64,000 bases of DNA. Origin: Aureliella sp. (lineage in GTDB: Bacteria; Planctomycetota; Planctomycetia; Pirellulales; Pirellulaceae). The notes beneath the pieces are model-generated. The model was not told the origin of the DNA. It saw only the letters and a list, made by a program, of their open reading frames with translations, and searched no databases. Shown in pieces: positions 56,721-64,000 of the stretch (position 1 is the first letter of the stretch; the number at the start of each line of letters is the position of its first letter). The translations under genes and the position numbers were made by a program. The stretch covers positions 128,001 through 192,000 of the forward strand of contig OY829846.1 in NCBI GenBank assembly GCA_963691875.1. The letters are read 5' to 3'.

Positions 56721-57728
56721 GTGCCACGACAACCCAAGCCGTACTACCGCGAGAGCGATAAGCAGTGGGTTTGCACGATTGAAGGTAGGCGTATCTACCT
56801 TGGGAAGTTGAAGAGCAAGGCGCTCGAGGCGTTTCATCAGCTCATGGCTGATCGTGAGGCTATTGGTGCCGAGATCAATACCGTCTACGCCATGGCTCAG
56901 GAGTATCTCACTTGGGTTGAAAAGAACAAGGCACCCGCCACTTACGCCAAGGTGCTTCGCAGCCTTAAGAACTTCTGCAAACACACTGGCAAGTCGCTTA
57001 AGCTCTCCAGCCTGAGAGGACATCATCTCACAAGGTGGATTGCAAAGAACCCAGGCTGGAAGAGCACGACAACGCAGAACATTAACTTGCGTTGCGTAAC
57101 AGAGATGTTGAACTGGTGCGTAAAGGAAGGTTACGTTTCAAAGAATCCCTTAAGCGGATACAAGAAGCCGCAGGAGCAGGTGAGAGATGAATACTACGAT
57201 GATGACCAATGCAGTCAGATACTCGGCAACGTCAAGGAGCCGTTCAAGTCGTTTGTCGTGTTCCTGATGGAAACTGGATGCTGACCAGGGGAGGCAAGGA
57301 GACTCAAGCCAAGGCATATGCGAGACAGGGTGTGTGTTCTTCCGCCTGAGGAATCGGCCAAAGGTGATGGCAGAGAGCGCACCATCTATCCCAGCGACAA
57401 GGCATGGGAGATCTTGGAGGCTAAATCGCAAGACAGGGAACCAGACGACTTTCTGTTTCTCAATACGAAGGGCAGGCCATGGACCAAAGACAGTATCAAA
57501 TGTGCCATGCACCGAATTGCCGATGAGATTGGCTGGACGCCAATCGCTTATGGCTTAAGACACACTTGGTGTACAAACGCCCTCATGCAAGGCATGGGAC
57601 TTGAGACAGTCTTGCAACTGATGTCTCACAAAGATGAGAAGATGGTACTCAGGGTCTATCAAAAGTTGAAGAAGAACCCCGAGTACCTTTTGGAGCAAGC
57701 GAACAAGTTTAGAAGTGCCGCTTCGTAA
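56721..57728 (+). pseudogene. Tyrosine integrase interrupted by an in-frame TGA
   Basis: Both track ORFs share one frame: ETGC*PGEA, then YGLRHTW, LMSH, VY. Start GTG at 56721. Confidence 0.88.
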
Positions 57729-57909
57729 CTGAAGCCTTCTTGTGTGCCGGCTCACCAAGGCAGCATTCCAAGTATCTGTTGAGCTGCTCGTCGCTAACAC
57801 GCACTGCCCTTCCTATTCTGTAGTGCTCGATTTCTCCTTTGCTTATAAGTCTCCGAACCATTGATTCTGAGACACAAAGCTCTGCTGCTACATCTTCTAC
57901 TGTTTTCAC
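57709..57909 (-). CDS. Excisionase-like HTH protein
   Basis: TVEDVAAELCVSESMVRRLISKGEI..YRIGRAVRV; converges on the integrase. Confidence 0.85.
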   Translation of the reverse strand: MKTVEDVAAELCVSESMVRRLISKGEIEHYRIGRAVRVSDEQLNRYLECCLGEPAHKKASVTKRHF

Positions 57910-58115
57910 TCTTTCTGTATCGCTTGCCAGAAGCTAGATAGGGTTTCAAGAAATACTAAACCTAGCGTTCACCATCATGGGCTCCTTTTATACGAGATCT
58001 TCTCACCGTGTCAAATTTGTGAAGCGAATCATTGAATCTTACGCCAGCATGAGCCATGGCGGCGACATGATGACGCAAACTTATCCACGCACCCGAGCAG
58101 ACCACCTGTCCAGCT
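57878..58115. repeat. ~238-bp duplicated segment, copy 1
   Basis: Near-identical to 60869-61106. Confidence 0.92.
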
Positions 58116-58248
58116 CATAGTTGAAGACACACACCTACATAAAAGACAACATCGCGATTGCATAGGCATAGACATTGCCCCCTTGCCTCACATGCGCGCA
58201 GGATCGCATATAAGACCTAAAACTTCTCCTAGGTGAGAAATTCGGTAG

Positions 58249-59439
58249 TTAGACCGCGAGGAAGGCCTTGATCCCACTAAGGAGCATTTCGTTTTCCTCC
58301 TCAGTGCCAATGGAGATCCTCACAAAGTTAGGCATGTCCCACCTTTGACCTCCGCTCACTAGGACGTTTCGGTCGGCAAGAAACCTAACGAGTGGGCCAC
58401 AGTCCTCGCCGATGTTTACCCAGCAAAAACAGGTGCAGCTTGGTGTCATGTTCCAACCCGCATCATGAAAAAACTTCGCCCATGAGGCGTGAATTGCTCG
58501 ATTTAGCTTCAAAGTATCGCGAAGGTGCTCATCGTCGTCTATCGCTTGTTGTGCCGCCAAAATGCCGGGCATGTTAAAGGAGAGCCCGCCAAGCATATAG
58601 TTTTTTAGCCTTCCAATGATGTCCTTGTAGGCAATCCCATATCCCACCCTCAAACCAGCGAGACCATATATCTTGGAAAATGTTCGCGAAACCAGCACAT
58701 TGCTTCGGTTTTTCGCGAGCTCAACGGCCGTAGTAGATTCTGGCTCCTCGGTGAATTCTATATAAGCCTCATCCACGAAAATCAGCGCGTCACTAGGCGT
58801 TTGTTTGGCTATGCGTTCAATCTCTGAAAGAGTGATTGTGGTCCCTGTGGGGTTGTTTGGGTTACAGATTACTACCAGTCGCGTATCCGCGTCGATTGCA
58901 GCACACATGGCTGCAGCGTCAAGCCGATTACGACTATCTAAAGGAACCATTTTGCGTTTGACGTTCGCACCTGGGATTCCAGCTGCCGCGGAACCAATTG
59001 CCGAATAGCTGGGATATGGCTCAACAACATTTCCACCCGACCCGCAGTAGGCCCAAGCGGCAGCCCGCAGAATCTCTGAAGAACCCACACCTAGAAGTAG
59101 GTTGACGTTTCCTTCTCCCTCCCTGTCATCACCCAATGCTAGGGTTTCACTTACTTCTTCGTAGGGTAGTCCGTTGTGCTGACGGAGTTTCATTGCCAGC
59201 TTTTTACTCTCCAACAATGGGTACCGAGCAAACTGCTGACCGGCTGCCATGAGTACCTTTAAAGATTTCGGTGATGGGCCTAACGGATTTTCGTTGAACA
59301 GGATTCTAGCTGCGTGATCCGTGCCGCTTGCTTCTGCGGCTGCTAACGCAGTCGGCCTTACCTCATCGAGTAAAAAACTGCTAGCAAATGCCCCTGCTAC
59401 TGAAGTACTGCCCAAAAAGTTACGCCGAGATGTGAGCAT
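58249..59439 (-). CDS. HisC-like PLP aminotransferase (class I/II) with Tat signal
   Basis: SRRNFL; NENPLGPS, NPNNPTG, VDEAY, RTFSKIYGLAGLRVGY, RISIGT. Confidence 0.92.
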   Translation of the reverse strand: MLTSRRNFLGSTSVAGAFASSFLLDEVRPTALAAAEASGTDHAARILFNENPLGPSPKSLKVLMAAGQQFARYPLLESKKLAMKLRQHNGLPYEEVSETLALGDDREGEGNVNLLLGVGSSEILRAAAWAYCGSGGNVVEPYPSYSAIGSAAAGIPGANVKRKMVPLDSRNRLDAAAMCAAIDADTRLVVICNPNNPTGTTITLSEIERIAKQTPSDALIFVDEAYIEFTEEPESTTAVELAKNRSNVLVSRTFSKIYGLAGLRVGYGIAYKDIIGRLKNYMLGGLSFNMPGILAAQQAIDDDEHLRDTLKLNRAIHASWAKFFHDAGWNMTPSCTCFCWVNIGEDCGPLVRFLADRNVLVSGGQRWDMPNFVRISIGTEEENEMLLSGIKAFLAV

Positions 59440-60669
59440 GACTAAACCCTCTATGTTTGCGAACGGTAATTACTCAGAGTTGGAGTACATAGTCTCGCAA
59501 CCCCTGTGAAGAAACAGCCCGCCTGGCGTTATTGTATCGAACGCTAGGGGTTTTCAAGTTTGCATAACAAGAAAGGTAGGATTTTGCTTTCCAATGTAAT
59601 TCCTTCAACCAGCAAACAGGTTTATACCATCGCCGCAGCCGCCGCATGACTGGCCGCATGTGCTCGGCAGTGCCGGTGGGAGTTCAGTCTTTGTGCCGAT
59701 AATACTTCTCTGCCAAGATGCGATACGCATTAATCAGGCCAGATAGGGTTGGACTAAATGGAGAAAATCTCTTGGAAAAACGCAGCACTGCTGCGAATCC
59801 ATGGCCGGAACTGATACCACCGACGATACGATGTCACCCAAAATCTGTCAGGAAAAGAAGAAGCCGTATACTACGCGCATTAAAAACATCCAACTAACTG
59901 CCGGTTTTTACTTTCAGTTCTAATGACTAGATGGGAGGAGGTAACACTCTCAATCACGAAGAGCCAGGAAGTTTGCTTCTTGGTGCCTCTAGAGAGAGGG
60001 AAGCTGCTTGAGTCAGCGGCATCGATAGACTTTACCCCCAGCGGCAGCTTGCACAACCCCGGGGCACGATTCAGAGACAGAAGCGATTACTTCTCTGAGT
60101 GACAAAGCTTGTTAGAGGATTGCAGGGGATCGCAGGAAGGCCCTGAGCAGTATCGCAAATGGGCAAAGCAACTTGAGCAGGAGCAACCGGATTTCAGACG
60201 GCCTGCTGCTTGGGGGCAAGCGGTCAGAGGCCATAAAACGCGCTGGCAATTGTGACAGACTAAACCTGGGCCGGTGGCAAGGCTGATTCGAGAGCAACAG
60301 TTCCTGTCAAACATGCACTTTTTGCGACTTCTGTTTCGCAAATACGGATAGAAAAAGGTAGATGAATGCACCCCAAACATTTTTGGAAACATCAGCAATT
60401 CTTCTTGCAAGCGGTCGCTTTTTCTTCGGCGTAAGTATTTTCGCAGATTTGCCAGGCACCTCAAACTTACTGAGACAAGTTGGGCAGATATCGATGATGC
60501 CCGCCTCGTCCGAAGATGACTCCAGCTAGACTTTGCAGTCGGGGCAGGCGTAGACAACGACTGGCGCGCGAAACCACGACTTCTCAATTCGATAATCCAT
60601 CACTTCTTAGTGACTCCTCTTTGAGTACTGCCACCTGTCCAGCTGCCAGCTTTTCAAGACTTGCGATAC

Positions 60670-60900
60670 TTATACAGATGCGAATAACAGATGCGAATAC
60701 GCCGCCAACTGCGGCTGCTGCTTCTTGCTCCTCACTGCCACGACTGAGTTGGCCAGGAACGATTCCAGGTTAACTCTGAGGTGGCTTCTGGAGCCTGTGC
60801 CAGCATCGTAGTGCTGCATCCTATTCTGTTTGCAATATCTCCTGACTGTATCTGGGGACACCTTCAGCAGCTCTGCTGCTACATCTTCTACCGTTTTCAC
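60670..60900 (-). CDS. Second excisionase-like HTH protein
   Basis: MKTVEDVAAELLKVSPDTVRRYC...HLRV. Confidence 0.7.
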   Translation of the reverse strand: MKTVEDVAAELLKVSPDTVRRYCKQNRMQHYDAGTGSRSHLRVNLESFLANSVVAVRSKKQQPQLAAYSHLLFASV

Positions 60901-61106
60901 TCTTTCTGTATCGCTTTCCAGAAGCTAGATAGGGTTTCAAGAAATACTAAACCTAGCGTTCACCATCATGGGCTCCTTTTATACGAGATCTTCATACCGT
61001 GTCAAATTTGTGAAGCGAATCATTGAATCTTACGCCAGCATGAGCCATGGCGGCGACATGATGGCGCGAACATATAACCGCACCCGAAAAGACCACCTGT
61101 CCAGCT
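60869..61106. repeat. ~238-bp duplicated segment, copy 2
   Basis: Near-identical to 57878-58115. Confidence 0.92.
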
Positions 61107-61246
61107 GCTAGCTTTCACACACTTGCGTTGTACAAAAACAATTCATACAGTGTTGAGATGCCCAAAATAAACAAAGAAAAGATGCTGCGAGATCTTAGGC
61201 ACGCTCCAACAGCAAGAGGAATTGATTCTGACTGAACGAGACATCA

Positions 61247-61450
61247 ATGACTGAACAACCAAATCCATACAGCCAGCCAGAGAGTAGCGAGCTACCTATC
61301 GTTGAAGCGAGGAAGCCCACAAGCAAGCGTAAACTTTGGTTTTGGCTAGCGATGGGTGGCTGTGTCTTCCCGCTTGCACTTATTGGGTTAGCGGTAGTTG
61401 TGTTTATCGTTTTCTATATTTTTAACGCTGATTACGTGAATAGCGTCTGA
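61247..61450 (+). CDS. Small membrane protein with NPY.P motif
   Basis: PNPYSQP followed by a long hydrophobic helix. Confidence 0.6.
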   Translation: MTEQPNPYSQPESSELPIVEARKPTSKRKLWFWLAMGGCVFPLALIGLAVVVFIVFYIFNADYVNSV

Positions 61451-61511
61451 TCTTTTGACTTAATGAAATCGCCTATCGCAGCCGTGTGGCATGTGGGCAA
61501 AGCCTAGAGGG

Positions 61512-61919
61512 TCATTTGCGACAAGAGTGCTTCCGATTGGCCTGCTCTAATTGTTCCATTGCTTCTTTGCTGAGCTTAGTGCGTATGGGGCGTCCTATTT
61601 TAGTAGCACCTACTGGCAATATAAGGTTTGCTTTTTCAAGCGTTTCCCAAGTCGTCTTACCTTCGGCGACCCTGCGTCGTGCTTCGTGATAGCAACTCGC
61701 TTTGCAGATGCCGCGAACCACGTCTTTGCTGTTTGAGACAGGTTGCTTGCAATAAAGGCAAATGCGACTTTCGTCAGTTGATTCTGCGTCGGCGTTTTGC
61801 TGCGGTCGTTCACACAAAGTACCTCGTTGGTTCTCTGGCTCATTCTCTAGTTTTATCGCCCCTAGGGGGGCCTCAGGCGTCGCCAGTCGCGACTGGATTC
61901 TCAGTGCGATAAGATGCAC
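61512..61919 (-). CDS. Hypothetical protein with Cys cluster
   Basis: CLYC...RGICKASCY...TTWETLE; start uncertain. Confidence 0.5.
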   Translation of the reverse strand: MHLIALRIQSRLATPEAPLGAIKLENEPENQRGTLCERPQQNADAESTDESRICLYCKQPVSNSKDVVRGICKASCYHEARRRVAEGKTTWETLEKANLILPVGATKIGRPIRTKLSKEAMEQLEQANRKHSCRK

Positions 61920-61951
61920 CCTGTTTTTGCAACGCGTTAAACCGGCTCTCC

Positions 61952-62155
61952 GTGGCTCTCAGGGGTATCTGCGTGGAGGTCTCTCGCACCTCTTACGAAG
62001 ATCTATCTGACCGAGATGACCTCAACGAACGCCTCACGGATGAAATAAGGAAAGCCTTCAAACCGTTCGGGTTCAAAGGCTTACAGGCTTCGATTGAATC
62101 TCTCGCCAAAGGCAAGAGTCATTTGCTGATAGGCACTTTGGCTGCGACTGAATAA
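61952..62155 (+). pseudogene. Possible SPFH/Band-7 C-terminal fragment
   Basis: LNERLTDEIRKAFKPFG..LQASIESL; no good start. Confidence 0.3.
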
Positions 62156-62510
62156 GTTCGTCAAAAATTAACCTGAGCAGGCAGGTCACTTGGTTGGTCA
62201 GAACTTGGGCGTCACGTCATTGCGGTGATGGCCTATGATCAACTTTCGCAGGAAGAGCTTTTGCGTCCAGATCTATGCCCTTTTTGTCTCTAGGGCCGTC
62301 GCTTCTTTCCCACTGTGGCGAGTCTTCGCCATCTCTCTGATGTCTTGAGTACCTCTCTTTTCGCTAGTCGTTCTATTCGTGCTACACGTTGTGATCACAA
62401 ACACAACCAAGCCCGCCGACGGTTACGTTCTAGGCCCTTCTTGGCCTCCCGCGTGTAGCAAACTGTCGGCGGTTGGTAACAGTGCGCTGACAGCGAAGGA
62501 AGAAGGACAG

Positions 62511-63242
62511 ATGGGGATCAACCCAATGAGAGAGGTTGCGAAAGGCATCTACGTAGATTCATGGATCCGAAAAGCAACAACATTTGGATTTGCGATTGCA
62601 GCAATGCTGGTCGCGAATGCGGGACAGGTGCAGGCAGGGCTGATGACCTCCTCCGGCGCACTCAGCAGCCCATTGCTGGTTGATTTTTCAGAGTTCTCGG
62701 GAGCTTTCAATTTCACTGCGGGACCCGTACAGATCGGGAACCCGATTGGTGAAGATATAGTATATTCATCTTCGTATTCACAGAGCGTGATAGGAGATGG
62801 CAACTACAACCTAGTTTCAAACGGTCGTTGGAATGCTGGCAGAAGCGGATTCGTAGGCATCAATTCCCCGAGTGACACTATCCGTTTTGACTTCAATGAC
62901 GGACTCGTTAGCGGGGTAGGCGGATTCGTGAACTATGCTCCCGATTATGCAACGCCATTTACCATCACAGCACTTGCGGCGGACAATTCAGTCTTAGAGA
63001 GTTATGTCATCGAGGCGGAGGCCCCAATTTCAACTCCCGGCAGTACCGACGAGGGTGCGTTTAGGGGAATTCTTCGTTCCACCGATGATATCGCAGCCTT
63101 TACAATAACTGGGGGCTACGGGGTATTGGACAATCTTACGTTTGGACGCAGTCAAGTAGCGGCCGTTCCCGAACCAACCTCCCTCGCCATCTTCGGCATC
63201 GGTGCTCTCGGCCTAGTCTTCCGCCGACCACGACGTTCATAA
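62511..63242 (+). CDS. PEP-CTERM sorting-domain surface protein
   Basis: Signal ending VQA; C-terminal VPEPTSLAIFGIGALGLVFRRPRR. Confidence 0.88.
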   Translation: MGINPMREVAKGIYVDSWIRKATTFGFAIAAMLVANAGQVQAGLMTSSGALSSPLLVDFSEFSGAFNFTAGPVQIGNPIGEDIVYSSSYSQSVIGDGNYNLVSNGRWNAGRSGFVGINSPSDTIRFDFNDGLVSGVGGFVNYAPDYATPFTITALAADNSVLESYVIEAEAPISTPGSTDEGAFRGILRSTDDIAAFTITGGYGVLDNLTFGRSQVAAVPEPTSLAIFGIGALGLVFRRPRRS

Positions 63243-63560
63243 CAGCGAGTCGCAACGGCTTAAGTCGCGATTGGGAAAACGTTAGATAGGACCGGCACGG
63301 AAGTCCTTATGACGGAGACTCGGGAGATTAGCCCGAGTCGCTACGCTCAGCTGGCGGCAAGCGTTTCTAACTTTCTAAAAGAGCGGCAGCTTGATTGACT
63401 CGGGCTGTCGCTTCTTTCGTTTTTGGCGGGTCTCCGCCTCTTTCTGAAGCCTGAGTACCTATTGCTTTGGCTATCCGTTGTGTTGCCTAAGCGACACAAC
63501 ATTTGGTAGGCTCACCCGCCAGCTAAGCACTGAACAGTAGGCGGAACCAGAGAGGTAAAG

Positions 63561-63812
63561 ATGAAGAGTTTTGTCTCGACGACGCTGGTTATGATAGGAC
63601 TATTCGGAGGGTTGGTTTTATACGATGACCTCACAGGTCAGACTCCGCCCGAAGAGAAGCCGGGCCTGATCGGGTATGGAATGATAATACTGGGCATGAC
63701 TGCCTTCAGCGCCTTGGTCCACTTCTTGGGCGCGTTATGTGGCCCTGGAGACGGGATAGAGTCTAGTGGCGGGGGAGACTCGGGAGACGGCGGGGGAGAT
63801 GGGGGAGATTAG
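63561..63812 (+). CDS. Small two-TM protein with Gly/Asp tail
   Basis: GAGG RBS; two hydrophobic segments. Confidence 0.6.
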   Translation: MKSFVSTTLVMIGLFGGLVLYDDLTGQTPPEEKPGLIGYGMIILGMTAFSALVHFLGALCGPGDGIESSGGGDSGDGGGDGGD

Positions 63813-63984
63813 CCTCGAATGCTACCCTTTTGGCTAGCGTTTCTAGCGTTATCACGGCAGCAAAAAAAGGCGATATTTTTACCACCCTTTTCACGACCCT
63901 TTTCGAGTGAAAAACAGTCCTAGTCAGGCCCACTCGATTAGCGTTTTACCTCGGAAAAACAAGGGTTTTCTATGCCCTGCACTT

Positions 63985-64000
63985 CCTTGGGGTGGTAGAG
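63985..64000 (+). repeat. Duplicated tRNA-Pro segment (att core), cut by the window edge
   Basis: 16/16 identity with 56580-56595, starting in the anticodon arm. Confidence 0.8.

Larger units (their letters stand above)
56580..64000. mobile_element. ~7.4-kb decayed integrative island in tRNA-Pro
   Basis: CCTTGGGGTGGTAGAG at 56580-56595 and 63985-64000; integrase plus excisionase; ACCACCCTTTTC-type sites near both ends. Confidence 0.8.

Noticed and set aside
57282..57284. TGA read-through (Trp/Sec) in the integrase
   Set aside because: The position needs Arg, and TGA is a normal stop in other genes here.
56721..57909. Integrase/excisionase as the large prophage's own integration module
   Set aside because: They lie between the tRNA and its duplicated segment, with matching arm-like sites at both island ends and no phage operator motif. 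They fit the small island better, though this is not proven.
59474..60660. Genes in this interval (for example ORF 60087-60587)
   Set aside because: No recognisable motifs or convincing starts; probably decayed sequence.

Overview
Positions ~1-56,400 are one large temperate phage or prophage whose left end lies outside the window. The host is probably a Planctomycete, inferred from an SHD1-domain protein, a PEP-CTERM protein and a CsrA-like gene. The replication arm (~1-19.4 kb) holds a DUF2815 SSB, DUF2800 nuclease, VRR-NUC, SNF2 helicase, DNA methyltransferase, RepB-type primase/D5 helicase, CsrA, thermonuclease and an iteron-like region. A leftward early operon (19.4-26.9 kb) starts with a DUF3150-like / MoxR AAA+ / DUF2201-vWA trio. 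It is followed by a 25/26-bp tandem repeat and a lambda-like cos candidate (~27.0-27.4 kb), then lambda-like head and siphovirus tail genes in rearranged order (27.5-44.5 kb). The late block beyond that has no recognisable muramidase but carries a papain-like peptidase, a PAS membrane protein, a 22-Cys protein and an Erv1/Alr-type sulfhydryl oxidase. A 16-bp quasi-palindrome recurs ~18 times in phage intergenic regions. After an intact tRNA-Pro(GGG) at 56549-56623 comes a ~7.4-kb decayed island: an integrase with a stop at its catalytic Arg codon, two excisionases on a duplicated segment, a Tat-signal aminotransferase and a PEP-CTERM protein, ending in a tRNA-Pro repeat at the window edge. All family calls come from reading motifs by eye; no database search was run.
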